Positions 24,905 through 38,055 of a DNA stretch of 64,000 nucleotides are shown here, in pieces (the first letter of the stretch is position 1; the number at the start of each line of letters is the position of its first letter). The notes under the pieces were generated by a model, which was given only the letters and a program-made list of their open reading frames with translations, was not told where the DNA came from and ran no database searches. A program made the position numbers and the translations under genes. Origin of the DNA: Isurus oxyrinchus (lineage: Eukaryota); assembly GCA_026770705.1 (NCBI GenBank), contig JANJGN010000008.1, positions 18,972,001 through 19,036,000 on the forward strand. Reading direction: 5' to 3'.

Positions 24905-25407
24905 ATAAGAAATAAGAATAGGAGTGGGCCATTCGGCCCCTCAAGCCTTTTCTGCCATTCAATAAGGTTATGGCTAACCCGCTTGTGTTTCGAATTCTAC
25001 ATTCCCATCTAACCCCGATAACTTTTGATTCACTTACCTAACAAGAATCTATCTACCTCTGCTTTAAAAACATTCAATGCCCCTGCCTCCACCACCATTT
25101 GAGGCAGAGAACTCCAAAGTTGCACAGCCCTCTGAGAGAAAAAAATTCTCCTCACCTCTGCCCTAAAATGGTGACCCTTAATTTTAAAACAGTGCCCCCT
25201 AGTTCTGGACTCACCCAGAAGACAACACATCCTTTCCACGTCAACCTTGTCAAGGCCGTTCTGGATCTTGTATACTTCAATCAAATCACCCCTCACTCTT
25301 CTAAGCTCCAGTGGAAACAAGCCCAGTCTTTTCAACCTTTCCTCATAAGGCAGCCCACTCATTCTAGGTATCAATCTAGTAAACCTCCTTTGAACCATCT
25401 CCAATGC
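24905..25407 (-). mobile_element. CR1 LINE 3' fragment inside an L2-like fragment
   Basis: VQRRFTRLIPRMSGLPYEERLKRLGLFPLELRRVRGDLIEVYKI. Confidence 0.85.
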
Positions 25408-26404
25408 AGCTATATCACCATTGGTTGCTGTGCTTTCAGTTGTTTAGGCCCCGAGCTCTGGAAGTCCCTCCGTGCACCTCTCTGTCTCTACCTCACTTTC
25501 CCCTTTTAAGACACTTCTTAAGACTCTCTATGACCAAGCTGTTGGGCATCTAACTTAATGGATGGAATTTAATGCCTTCCCATGAGGTGGGATTGTGGTG
25601 TTGGAATTGGGCAGCAAGGTGGTCGGTGGAATCTCCAACACCTTCCTGCCTCTGCCCTAAATAATTTTGGGACAGGAATGGCCGAGGACAGCCTTCCTGC
25701 TATGCGCCAATTGAAGCCCTTAAGTGGCAATTAATGGCATTCACCCAGCTGCAGATGGAGGACTCACCATGCAGGAAGATCAAAAATCAAACCCTTTTGG
25801 GTTGTTAGTGCGAGCCCGGGGAGGTCTCTTATTGGGCACTTAGTGCTGGATCAAGGGACCTGCGGTATCCAGAAGCTGGGGGCTCATTAAGAGCCAACCC
25901 CTGCCCTTGCTGTTGAACACCCTCCCCTGCAATCCCCCCACACTGAGACCGCCCCCCACCCCCTCTGTGCCTGGGTCCCTGTGTAATCCTGGGCTTCGGG
26001 TGGGTGTATTACTAGTAGCAGCCACCCCTCCCACAATGTCACTGCAGAGCAATGCAAAGCCTCCAGTCTCTAATTAACTGACAGGCAGGATTTCCACTCC
26101 AGGCCCTTGATCCAGGGGAAGGCCCAACTGTTGCACAATTATGTGTCTGGTCGGCACGTAATTCACCGGGCCTTCTCAAAAGTAGGCAATGCGGCTCTGT
26201 CACTGGCTCACCAGCTAGAGTTTGAGATCCCTGTTGCCTATAATAGAAACTACCCAATATCTTCTTTTGTAGCTTGGTGGCTTACTTTATTTTATAACGC
26301 ACCTGTGAAGCACCTTGGGGTATTTTATTAACATTCAAGGCGTTAAATTAATATAGGTTGTTGTTGATGTGGGATTATATAAACATATGTGTTTGTGTCT
26401 CTGT

Positions 26405-28600
26405 CCTTATTCACTCATGGGATGTGGGCATCGCTGGCAAGGAAAGCATTTATTGCCCATCCCTAACGGCACTTGAGAATCACAGAATTATAGAAGATGT
26501 TGGTGAGCTGCCTTCTTCAACCCTTGCAGTCCATCTGGTGCAATTACATGAATAGTGCTATTAGCAAGGAAGGTGCAAGATGTTGACCCAGCCACAGGGA
26601 AGAAATGTTGATGTATTTCCAAGTCAGGAAGAGAATTTGCAGGTGGTGGTGTTTCCATTCACCTGCTGCTGTCTTCTTTGGTAGAGGTCCCAGGTTTAGT
26701 TAGGCACTGCCAAAGAAACTTAAGCCATTTGCTGCAGTGCATCTTGTACATTGTAGACACTGTTGCCATGGTGCACTGATAGTGGAGGGAGCAGACATTT
26801 TAGGTGGTAGATGGGGCACCAACCTGATGAACTGCTTTGTTTTGGATGGTGTTGAGCTTCTTGAATGTTGTCTGAGCTGAAATCATCCAGACAAGTGAAG
26901 AGAATTCCATCACACTCCTGGCTTGTGCCTTGTAGATGGTGGACAGGTTAGGAGAGTCAGGAGATGAGTTACTCTCCACAGAATCCCCAACCTCTGACCT
27001 GTTCTAGTTGCCACAGTATTTACATAGATGGTACAATTAAGCTTCTGTACTGAGGTCTGGAGCCCAGTTTCTGATAGCACTGTCAATAAAACCTTCCATC
27101 GCTTTGCAGATGATTGAAAGTAAACTAATGAGTGGTAATTTTCTGGATTAGGTTTGTACTGCTTTTGTGGCCAGGGCACAGCTGGGCAATTTTCCACATT
27201 GTTGGTTAGATGCAGGGTATTGTAGCTGTACTGCAAAAGCTTGGCTTAGGGTGTGACTAGTCCTGGAGAACAAGTCTTCAGTACTATACCTGAATGTTGT
27301 CAGGACCCATAACCTTTGTTGTATCCAGTGCGTTCAGTTATTCCTTGATATCACTTGAAGTCAATTGAATTGTCTGAAGACTGGCATCTGTAATGTTGGG
27401 GGTATCAGGAGGAGGCTAAGATGGATCATCCACTTGGCACTTCTGGTTGAAGATGGTGGCAAATTCTTCAGCCTTGTCTTTTGCACTGAGGTGCTTGTCT
27501 TCCCCATCATTGAGGATGGGGATGTTTGTTGAGCCACCTTCTTCAGTTAATTGTCTGATTGTCAATCACCATTCATGTGGCAGGACTGGGGATACTTACT
27601 GATCCATTGCTTATGATAGAGCATATCTCTGTATACTGCATGCTATTTCCGCTGTTTGACATGCACGTAGCCAGCTTGATCAGTAGTGTTGTAGCTTCAC
27701 CAGGTTGGCAACACATTGTCAGGTATGCCTGGTGCTGCTCCAGGCATGCCCTCCTGAACTCTTCAATGAACTGTGGTTGGTCCCCTGGTTTGATGGTAAT
27801 GGGAGAGTGAGGGATCTGCCGGGCCATGAGGTTACGGACTGAGGTTGGATATAATTCTCTTGCTGCTGATGGCCCACAGTGCCTCACAGATGCCCTGTTT
27901 CTGGCTGCTACATTTACTCTGAATATATTGCATTCATCGTAACACAATGGAGGGTATCTTCAATGTGAAGATGGGATTTCATCTTCACAGGGACTGCGTG
28001 CTGGTCACTCCTACCAACATGGTCACGGACAGATGAATCTGCAACAGGTTTTTACATCCTGTTGAGTCTCTCGCTCCCTGTCACAGACCGAGTCTGGCAG
28101 ATATTTCCTTCAGGAACCAACCAGTTTGATCAGCAGCGGAGCTTCCAAACCACTTTTGGTGACAGACATTGAAATGCCCATCCAGAGTACATTCCATGCT
28201 CTTGTCACCCATGGTGATTCTTACAAGTGGCGTTCAGTTGGGAGGTATACTGATTCATCAGTTGAACGAATGTGGTAATCAGTAAGAGATTTCCTTGTCC
28301 ATGTTTAATCTGATATAATGAAACTTCATGTCTGATGTCAAAGTTGAGGCATCCAGGGCCACACCCTCCTGACTGAATGCCACTGTGCTGCCATCTCTGG
28401 TGGGTCTGTCCTTTTGGTGGTGGAAAAATCTGGAATGTTGGCTGGAAGACATGATTCAGCGAGTATGACTATGTCAGGCTATTACTTGACTGGTCATTGG
28501 TAGAGATCCCCAGATGCTAGTGAGGTGAAGTTTGCAGGGACAATTAGACAGGATGTGCTTTTCGTTTCTGGTGCCTAGATCAATGCTGGGTGGCCTGACT
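26405..28600 (-). mobile_element. Degenerate CR1-related LINE (second family)
   Basis: Similar to 48520-52500 and 33240-33880, with remnants ITIKPGDQPQF and GQRLGIL. Boundaries approximate. Confidence 0.7.
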
Positions 28601-29714
28601 GGTTTGATCTTTATTTGATTTTCCTGCAACTGTTTGATAAAAATGAGTGGTTTGCTCGGCCATGGGACAGGTGAGAGTCACCCACATTGCTGTGTGCCTG
28701 GAGACAAAGGCTAGGACTGAATAAGGACAGAAGATTTCCTCTCCTGAAAGACATTCATGAACATGTCGAGGTTTTACAACAATTGTTAGTTCCATGATCA
28801 CTATGACAGAATCTAGGTTTTTACTCCAGATTTGTTAATTAAATTTAAATTCCTCTTGCTGCCATGGACAGATTCGAGCACAAGTTTCCAGACCATTAGC
28901 CAACACTTCTAGATTACTCACCCCACATGTCACCATTATGTTACCATTCTCATAGCCTATAACTCCATTACAGCAGTATCACACTACATCCAGGGTGGTA
29001 GAAGGTGAACCGGATGATCATTAGTAAACTATTTGGATTTTTTATCCAGTAGCTTCATCGTCATTTTTATTGATGACAGCTCCTTATATCCAGATTTATT
29101 TGTTCAACTGTATTCAAATACTGAAACTGCCGTGGTGGGATTTCAACTTGAATTTTATGGATTATTAGTCTAAGATTCTGGGTTATGGTTCATAATGACA
29201 GTATTATATCCTCAAGATGTCCTATCGTACTTGACAACCAATCAATTACTTTTGAAATGTAGTTACCCTTGTTATTAAGGCACATAGAGAGTTCATTGAC
29301 TGAATGAAGATGCAGAACAATAAATGTGCTGAATGATCAGCGAGTCAGTTTGTTGTTACTGTGTTTGATGGAGAAACCTTGTCTAGGACACTGTAAGAAA
29401 CCAGTGAGACACCCAAGTGAACAAGCAGTGTCATAGTTTAATATCGTATCCACTTCTGAAATTGCAGTACCTGCTCAGAATAGCACTGACATGTTAGCCT
29501 GGATTATGTGCTCATGTCCTGGAGTGGGGCTTGTGTCAAGTCAAGTATCACCAGGTCTGGATCTGGTATTTGCAGAGATATCTATTATATCTTGTCACAA
29601 TGTTTGTCATATCTGGTCTCATGGTCCATTTTGAAACTGAGTTTATTGATTAGAATGTGTGACATTTATAAGAAAAGCTGACTGTGGGTTAATAGGTGAC
29701 TTCTATATGAACAG

Positions 29715-29813
29715 GTTTGGAAAGTCAAAGACCAAAATCTCTGCAACCAAAAGAAAATACAGAAGATGCATCTCAGCTTTATTCAAGTCTTCATGAAATT
29801 CAGCAAATGCAAG
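29715..29813 (+). CDS. Gene A cytoplasmic exon 1 (Tyr motif QLYSSL)
   Basis: ttctatatgaacag|GT ... CAAG|gtgac, phase 1-1. LESQRPKSLQPKENTEDASQLYSSLHEIQQMQ. Confidence 0.8.
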
Positions 29814-30412
29814 GTGACATTTAAACCCTTAAAGTAAGAATTTTACAAGTGCTGTGTTCTGTTTGTGCATGGCAATCATGTATCCCAGTTTGTATTTTAC
29901 TTGCACTTAAAAAACACAGAAATTTCACTTTTATTCTGTCACATCCAAATATCGTGTTGAATGCAAATGTAATTAATTTTAACTCTCCTAATCAGTTCCC
30001 AATTTTAATGTTAGGTCTTCCCTGCAGACTCTTGTAATCCAGGTTCTTTCTAAACCTTAGTTTGTAGGGCACTGTGTTATATAGACTACTCAAATATTCC
30101 AATTAATAGCTCTTCCGAAACAATAGCTGTATTTTGAGTCCTTAACCCTTCCTCTCGATATGTGGCTGTACATTTCCTTTGATATCACCCAATAACCATT
30201 AAATGCCTCCAACCCTTGCCACACTTACTCTAGTGTTTCTAAAACCACTTGTGACAACTAGCACCAATGATTCAGTGCAGCATACAATCCTTTTTAGACA
30301 ATATTGTTTCTTTTTCTGAGGGACTGATTCCACTTTCCAAATGATTTAAGTATGTCTCATTCGCCATCTCGCAGTTTTGTAGAAATACATGATACAATTT
30401 CATTAAGAATCA

Positions 30413-31089
30413 AGGCCAGAATTTTCACGTTGGCATGTGGGGTCAGGCCTCGCATGCCGATACTTAAAATGACGCGCGATGATGTCGGGTATGTGTCCCG
30501 CGTCACCGTGCATCATTCCGATCTCTCATTCGGTGGGTGCACGCCAGATTGTCAAAGGCCTGTTCAGGCCATTAGGAGACTAATTGAGACAATTGACAGG
30601 GATGATAATCCAACCTTAAGGCTGGCGAGCAGGCAAAGAACCCAAACAGCCTTTGTGTTTCTCATCCACAGGCGGGGTGAAGGTTGCTGAGGGTTTTATT
30701 AAATATATAAATATTTTTTACACATTTCATAAACATGTCCCAGCTCATGTGACACTGTCACATCAGGGGACATGTCTAAATAATTTTAATGTTTCTTTAT
30801 TTTAAACTTTCAATTTGAACTTAATCTCCCTGAGCGAGCTCTGTGCCTCAGTGAGATCGCTGCACTCTTTCACGTGCGTGTGGGAAAGAGCGCAGGCCCC
30901 GACTCTCCCTCCTCCTCCCGCCCGCAAAGGTGGCACTGAGTGCTACCAGTTATGCGTCACGCTTGGTGGGCTTTACTTGGCCCGCCCATGTAAAATGGCA
31001 GCGCACAGCTGATCGCAGGCGGCAATCGGCTCTGTGCCCGCCTGCACCCACTTCCGACTGCCCCCCTCGACAGGCAGAAGATGATGCCC
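30413..31089. mobile_element. Harbinger-type MITE
   Basis: aggccagaatttt 5' terminus, family hairpin at 30734-30775, attaa/ggcc/cccgcc subterminal motifs. Confidence 0.75.
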
Positions 31090-31129
31090 CAGGTTCTCAT
31101 GTTCTAATCAGAAGAATCTTATTTCCCAG

Positions 31130-31207
31130 GTGATAACGAGACTGCGGTGCCTGAGACGAGTGGATTCGATGAATATGCAGTTATCAGTAGAAAGGCAGAA
31201 AAAGACA
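31130..31207 (+). CDS. Gene A cytoplasmic exon 2 (Tyr motif DEYAVI)
   Basis: cttatttcccag|GT ... GACA|gtaagt, phase 1-1. DNETAVPETSGFDEYAVISRKAEKD. Confidence 0.82.
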
Positions 31208-32610
31208 GTAAGTAGCTGAATCATATGATGGCTCCATCTGTGTAGGTATTGTTAAAATAGAGACTGACAGGTTTTATTGTGTTAAACTTTGCTTCTAGTT
31301 TAATACTTTTGAGTGGGAAGCACTTCAGATCTGCAATGGTAAATACTGAGATATTTTAAGACTCTTTAATAATATAATACTGATCCGCTCAATACTGGCA
31401 GGGCTCAAGCACAATACAGAAACATATTTATTCAGCCATCCTGGTCATTGTATCACAGGTTTACAATAGGAATGGCTGTTTGAAATTAAATATAATATAA
31501 AGTACAGAAAGAGACCATTCAGCCCAGCCAGGACATGTCGGCATGGTTGGTTAAAGCAGCAGTTAATGACCCACTGGGATATTTTAATTACCTACTCGAT
31601 AGCTCCAAGGAGGGTGGAAAGCTAGTTCAGTGCTTGGACCATTGCTGTTCACTATTTATTATTAATGATTTAGACTATACAAACACAAACAATTTCTGAA
31701 TTTGTGGATTATACCAAATTAGTCAGGGGAGGGAGTGATATTCCATACAGAGGAGGACTGCAGTAAATGATGAGAAGACATTAATAAACATAAAGAATGG
31801 GCATATAATTGGCAAATAAGTTTCAACTTAGATAATAAGAGGTTTTATATTTTGGTAAGAATAATTAGGTTACAAATTACTTGGAACATAATGGGATAGA
31901 GGAGCAAACTCTGCCCCTGCCCCCACCCCCCAGCCATTCCCGGGTGAAGCCCAGAAATGGGCTGGATGTTGTCAGGATCCCAACTCGACATCACTTGTTA
32001 GGATTTAACTCTCATCCGCCTCTCCTTTCCCGTTAAAACTCACGCCCCACCCACCTACCCACCCACTCCCCCCCCACCCCCAACATGTATCTACTCTGTC
32101 AAAGCCTACCACAATTATAAAGAAATCTCCATCCCCCCCATGCCGGACACCAGCCCACACTCCCAACCCACACCAGCTGCACCTCAACCGTCTTATTTCA
32201 AGATGCCTGCTGCCTTCCTGCCAACCATTGAATTTTCACAAGTTATAAGCCTCTTCCTTTGATCTAATACTAACTTTAATGTCTTTTGTTATCCAAAATT
32301 ATACCACTTTTTTCTGTGCTGTTTTGTGTGTTAAAGTAGTGCGTATTTGAAAATTATTTGTCAATTCTTTAAATTGATTATTTGCCATCATATAGTTTGA
32401 TGCTCTTTCCTAATCTACATTAGCCAGCATGCTAATCATATCTATGTATTTTGCTTTTTAAGATTTAAGACCCTAGTTGTGGGCTTAACTAAATCACTTT
32501 CAAACTCAATATAAAATGTTACCATTCTAAGTTCACTTTGAAAGAAACTCACAACTTGTTTTGGGACATATATAGATGCAAATTCTATATTTCTGTCTTA
32601 TTCTGTGCAG

Positions 32611-32667
32611 ATACAGAGAGAGAAGATATCCATTATGGATCCATTGATTTTCAGAAAAAAGCAACAG
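32611..32667 (+). CDS. Gene A cytoplasmic exon 3 (ITIM IHYGSI)
   Basis: ttctgtcttattctgtgcag|AT ... ACAG|gtagt, phase 1-1. TEREDIHYGSIDFQKKAT. Confidence 0.85.
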
Positions 32668-32848
32668 GTAGTGAAAGTTAACGTTGCAATTTTTTCTCAT
32701 GTTTTCATTTTTGTGTTTTTCAAGATGAGGAATGTTGCTGCCGGGGAATAAATCTTGTTTAGCCTGAATTACCTTGAGGCACCTGATGTCAATATTAAGC
32801 CATCAGTGGGTAAATCTCCTCATACTCAACTGCTTCAAAGTGCTGAGT

Positions 32849-33240
32849 AGCTGTGGTTCAGTGGGGAGCAGTCTTTTCTCTGAGTCAGAGGGGTGTGGGT
32901 TTGAATACCACTCTAGAGACTTGAGCACAAAATCTAGGCTAACACATTAATACAGTACTGAGGCAATGCTGTATTATTGGAGGTGCCATCTTTCAGAAGA
33001 GATTTTAAACCGAGGCCCTGAATGCTCTCCCTGGTGGACACTTAAAAAAAAGTCATAGCACTATTTGTTGAGTCAAGGGCTGATTTCCTGACTGTCTTGG
33101 ACAATGTTTACTGCTCAACCAACATCACTTAGAAATAGATGACCTGGTCATTATCACATTGAAGTTTGCGGAAGTCTGTTGCACACAAATTGGCTGCAGT
33201 GTTTCCTGCATTACAACATGGAGTACACTTCAAAAGTAAC
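32849..33240 (+). mobile_element. DeuSINE-like tRNA-derived SINE
   Basis: tRNA-like head followed by the Deu-domain-like ggaggtgccatctttcagaagagattttaaaccgaggccc. A minus-strand relic lies at ~29210-29540. Confidence 0.6.
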
Positions 33241-33242
33241 CC

Positions 33243-33880
33243 AATGCAGCAAAACCTGGACAACATTTGGGCTTGGGCTGAGAAGTTGCAAGTAACATTG
33301 TGCCAGGTAATAAGCATCTCCAGCAAGAGAGAACCCAACCATCTTCCCTTGACAATCAATGACATTGCCATTGCTGAATCCCCAGCTATCAACATACTGA
33401 ATGTTATCATTGAACAGAAACTGATCTGGACCTGCAATATGAATACTATGCTTACAAGAACAGGTCAGAGGGTGGGAATTCTGTGGTGAGTAACTCACTT
33501 CCTGACTCCCCAAAGCCTGCCCACAATCGACAAGGCACTTGTCAGGAGTATGATGGAGTCTCCATTTGCCTGGATGAGTGCAGCTCCAACAACACTCAAG
33601 AAGCTTGATGCCATCCAGGACAATGCAGTCTGCTTGATTGGCACCCCATCCATCTCAGTAAACATTTACTTCCTCCACATCCGACACACATTGGCAGCAC
33701 TGTGTACTATCTACAAGATGCACTGAAGCAACTCACCAAGGATTTGACAGCAGCTTCCAAGCCCACACCCTCTTGCAACAGTTCATGAAGGCTGTTCACC
33801 ACCATCTTCTCCAGGGTAATTAGGGGTGGGTGAAAATGCTGGCCTAGTCAGCGATGCCCATATCAAGTGAAAGAATAAAT
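33243..33880 (+). mobile_element. CR1-related LINE 3' fragment
   Basis: MQQNLDNIWAWAEKLQVT...GQRVGIL. 3' tail shared with the SINE family. Confidence 0.75.
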
Positions 33881-35175
33881 TTTAAACAAACATTCAAGTG
33901 CCTCAACAGCTAAGTAGAGTATAGTGGTGACTGAGGTGCTGGGCTGCCAGCCTGAAAGTCATGAATTCCAATCCAATCATGTTATGTTGAGAAATTGAAT
34001 CGAATAAATCTCCCCATTTGTAGGCCAGCACCAGACAACTTGTGTTAATGTCCCTCAGAGAAAGGCGCCTACTTTGTGGCTTCAGTGAGATGCTAACCTA
34101 AACCATATGGTTAACCTTTAGCCCTCTCTGAAGTATATTCTTGCTTCAATATAGAATTCTTAAAGCAGGTGGGGATGAGCAATAAATGTGGCTCTGACCA
34201 GGGTTAGCAACTACCTGAGAACAAATACATTGAACATAGGGACCACATTACCTCCTTCACTGACAATGAAGCATGCTAACTATTAGCATTGCTGCTAATT
34301 TTATTCATAGCATTGGTAATGCCTTTTCAATAGAAATATTTCCAGAAAGAAGCTTTTTAATAGACAAGCATTTTATTGTAACTATTTTTGAACTAACTAT
34401 TGAACTGTTAACAATGTGGAACCAGAGTCAAAGGAAAATATTTGACATCCTTGAATAATATCATGTCAAATATTGAACATGTGGATAGAGAAGGAAACTT
34501 GTTTCAGCCCTCTGTGTACCAGCTTGTCTCAGGGTCAGCACACTTGTGTCTGAGAAGCAAGGTCACAGTTTTGAGCCTTGCTACTTGCAGTCTCGGTTGA
34601 GAGGATGCTCATTGTTGGTGCGCTGCCGAGCACGGTGAGTAAACTCGAACAGTATGCAAGAGGCTTTCACATGTCCTGAAGATGTGAAAGACACTGAAAA
34701 CTTCTCCCAAATTGATCTAACTAAAGCTAATTTTTATATGGGTATGTAGCTAACACCTGTTTCCTGGGCGTAAATGATAGGGAAAGGGGCGGTGATCATT
34801 GACACTTGACTTCCATTCCTTTTATCATGCCCATATTGCTTCAGTGGAAATAAGACTGATGGAGCATTTCCCACTATCTCGGGCTCCATTTTCTTCTAAT
34901 AACCCATCCAAAGGGCACCCAGTTCCAACAGCAGCTGAATGAGCCAGCAATGGGTCATGCAATCTCCCAGCAATGATGGACTGAGTGTTGTGATGTTCCC
35001 TTAGCACATTGTGTAAAAGCCACTTTAGTGTGCATGTGAGTAAAACAGATCAAACCTGGCTCTTGGCTGTATGAGTGAATGCGGTAAGTCGAAGATATTT
35101 GTATGCCAATTGTCATTTTTTTTAGCCTGATCTGTCAATATTATTTGTTAATTGTGATGATTTTGAATATCACAG

Positions 35176-35228
35176 GGAGCAGTCAGGGAGAAGGGGGTGC
35201 ACAGTGGAACACACAATCTTCAGATACT
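35176..35228 (+). CDS. Gene A cytoplasmic exon 4
   Basis: aatatcacag|GG ... ACT|gtaagt, phase 1-0. SSQGEGGAQWNTQSSDT. Needed to put the last exon in frame. Confidence 0.78.
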
Positions 35229-35360
35229 GTAAGTACATTAATTCCTAGTCATGAAATTGCACCCTAAAATATCAATATCTATAACATTTGTAAAATTATT
35301 GATGAGAAGAGATGCAATAATCGATCACATTATTATAAATGGTTAATTTCTGTCTTGCAG

Positions 35361-35423
35361 GAATTGGCTTCTTCAAAGGAAGATGTTTCATCTGTCATCT
35401 ATGCACAAGTAGGATATAAATAA
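35361..35423 (+). CDS. Gene A terminal coding exon (ITIM VIYAQV, stop TAA)
   Basis: tttctgtcttgcag|GAA, phase 0. ELASSKEDVSSVIYAQVGYK*. Confidence 0.87.
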   Translation, partial: ELASSKEDVSSVIYAQVGYK

Positions 35424-35466
35424 TCTTCACAGGAGAGACAGGAATAGCTTGGAGTCAGATATATAA

Positions 35467-35472
35467 AATAAA
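35467..35472 (+). terminator. Candidate polyadenylation signal of gene A
   Basis: AATAAA 44 nt after the stop, followed by T/GT-rich sequence. A second AATAAA lies near 35680. Confidence 0.45.
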
Positions 35473-36199
35473 ACATGTTTCTGTGAATTAATATTTTTTT
35501 AACCTCAGAAAAAACTGGAGCTTTCTTCCTATGTACCTACTCTGATTTTAAATAATCATTGCATCATACTTTTGAAACATGAAAGCAACTTGCAACAGAA
35601 ATTGTTCTCTTGATATGGGTTCAACAATCATTTCACAGCTTCTGCAGATACTATGTAAAAGAAAGGCTTCATTTTGAAAAATAAATTGAATGTTCCATGG
35701 TTCTCTGCCCACTCAATTAACCTCTTAATTGTAATGACCAACAATGACAATTCAACTATGCAATGTGTCACTAAACCTTGCGTTTCTCTTTATCTGATTG
35801 GGTCACTGTGGAACATTCATCCTTTTAACAGCAACCAATATTTAATCAATTCACTCAGTGATCTTTAGTTACGATTGTGAGTTTCACAAATCAACCTCAT
35901 GAATGCTTTTGTTATGCAAATATATTTGGGAATACAACAATCTTTTCTCAGAAGAAACAAAAACCCAATGAATATACATACTTGAGCATCATCTGTTGGT
36001 TTCAGGCCCATATTCTTAGGTGGAAATGATGACAGTACACGCATTAATGCTGTCAATCATATGTAATGGATTCTAAGTCACTGTGCTATTTCCTCATGCC
36101 ATACTGATGTGAACAGAATTTAACTCCACCATTGGACCATTCTCCAAATCTACATTAGCTGATGGCGTAATGATGGATTTGAAATTTATAGGTAGATGT

Positions 36200-36590
36200 T
36201 GATGCAGTGGTAATGTCACTGGACTAGTAATCCAGAGGTCCTGGCTAGTGCTTTGGGACATAGGTTCGAATCCCACCATAGTAGCTGGTGGAATTTGAAT
36301 TCAGTTAATAAACCTGTAATATAAAACTAGTCTCAGTAATAGTGATGGTGAAAATATTATCGATTGTCGTAAAAACCCATCTGATTCACTAATCCCCTTT
36401 GGGGAAGGAAATTTGCCATCCTTATCTTATCTGGCCTACACCTGACTCCAGACCCACAGCAATGTTGTTGCCTCTTAACTGCCCCCTGAAATTGTCTTGC
36501 AAGCCACTCAGCTCAAGGGCAATTAGGGATAGGCAACAAATGCTGGCCTTGCCAGCAATGCCCATGAAGGAATAAAGAAGAAAAAGATGT
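36200..36590 (+). mobile_element. Full-length tRNA-derived SINE
   Basis: A-box-like gcagtggtaatgtcac, B-box ggttcgaatccc, LINE-like tail ggcaattagggataggcaacaaatgctggccttgccagc and an A-rich end. Confidence 0.8.
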
Positions 36591-36624
36591 GTTGACTCCT
36601 GGATAACATTGGAATATAAAATTG

Positions 36625-36972
36625 AGTGCCATAGATAGGGTAGACAGGAAGGAACTTTTCCCCTTGGTGGAGGGATCAATAACCAAGGGGCATACATTTA
36701 AGGTAAAGGGCAGGAGGTTTAGAGAGGATGCGAGGAAGAAGTTTTTCATCCAGAGGATAATGGGAACCTGCCTAAAAGGGTGGTAGAGGCAGAAACCCTC
36801 ATAACATTTAAGAAGTATCTGGATGTGCTCTTGCAGTGCCATGGTATACAAGGCCACGGGCCTAGTGCTGGAAAGTGGGATTAGAATAGCTAGGTACTTG
36901 TTTGACCGGCGCAGACTCGATAGGCCGAAGGGTCTTTTTCTGTGCTGTAGACCTCTATGAATCTATGACTAT
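36625..36972 (+). mobile_element. CR1 LINE 3' end
   Basis: gatagggtagacaggaaggaacttttccc...ggccgaagggtc...tctatgaatctatga tail. Confidence 0.8.
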
Positions 36973-37062
36973 GACATTAGGAAGTAGCATTGATTGATCC
37001 AGTCCTCATTGTCCCATATCCCACCAAAACACCGCAGGTGAAAATGGGATAATAGGGTATTG

Positions 37063-38055
37063 TGTTATGATCTCTGTAGAGACCAATAAGTTTAAAAAGG
37101 AAATTTGAATTTCTAGTTAATAGCTGAAAGGAAGATACAACAAGATTTCACCTTTTAAGCAGTCTCCTGTAACAAAAGACTAAAAGCACTTTTGAATAAA
37201 CTCTATCATTGTTGACAACTTATACTTTAAACCACAAAATGGAAAACTGCCCTTATTTTTGCACAACCTAGAAAACACACTTCACAGTTATACATTACAC
37301 ACTCCTTTAAGTAGATATTTAATACTCACAAAATCAGTCCAAAGTGATTCTTAAAAGTTTAGTTCTGTACTTTTCCTTTCCTGGTCTGGAACATTTTAAC
37401 TCTAGAAATGCCATTCACAGTGCAGGTTTTCCTGGAGATTTCTTCCTCTAGCTAAACCTAGACAAATATTCCAGTCCACTTTCAACTCATCACCAGTTTG
37501 GTCTTTTCAGTTTGAGTGTGAATTCTCACCGACATTCCTGCATTGTGAACCATCAAAACTTTTAGCCCCTAACTGTTCTCTCTTTCCGGGATCCTAGCAG
37601 TCGAACAACGTCCGTGAGTTTTCAGGGATATTTTAGAATTCCTTCCCCTCTCAAAGCCATTTTCATGGCAACATGAATGTCATGGGCCTTGTATCCAGGT
37701 AGAAATGCTGATTAGCTTTCCTTAAGTACCCAACTCTCTTTCACTTTGGATTTAAATGGGCAGGTTAAAGTGCAACTGTTTTAAAGCTGATGTTCTAAAC
37801 ATTTTTCTGGGACTTAAAAGAATCACAGTCTATCCACTGTTAGCAAACTGGCTGCTGTCATTGTCTCCAATCGTAAACACCTTGCACCTTCTTCCCAGGA
37901 AAACAATCTGGGCCCCCTTTAATCTTTAACAATCAAATCACAAAGGCTTGATGTCAGGCAGACTTCAGAACAGGTAACATGACCCACTTCACTTTACCCC
38001 TAAATTAAAGGCACAATTCTGAAACAACAACCTTATCAACATCATAATTGTAACA
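37063..38055. mobile_element. Probable solo LTR
   Basis: TGTTATGA...TGTAACA termini with an imperfect attg/atgg TSD. Confidence 0.45.

Noticed and set aside
5510-35423. Calling gene A CD4 or LAG3
   Set aside because: No CxC/CxH Lck clasp, D1 is not split by an intron and lacks Cys, the tail has multiple ITIMs, and no synteny is visible. Only the architecture is similar.
36200-36280. tRNA gene
   Set aside because: The A/B boxes belong to a SINE head, no full cloverleaf was evident, and SINE body follows.
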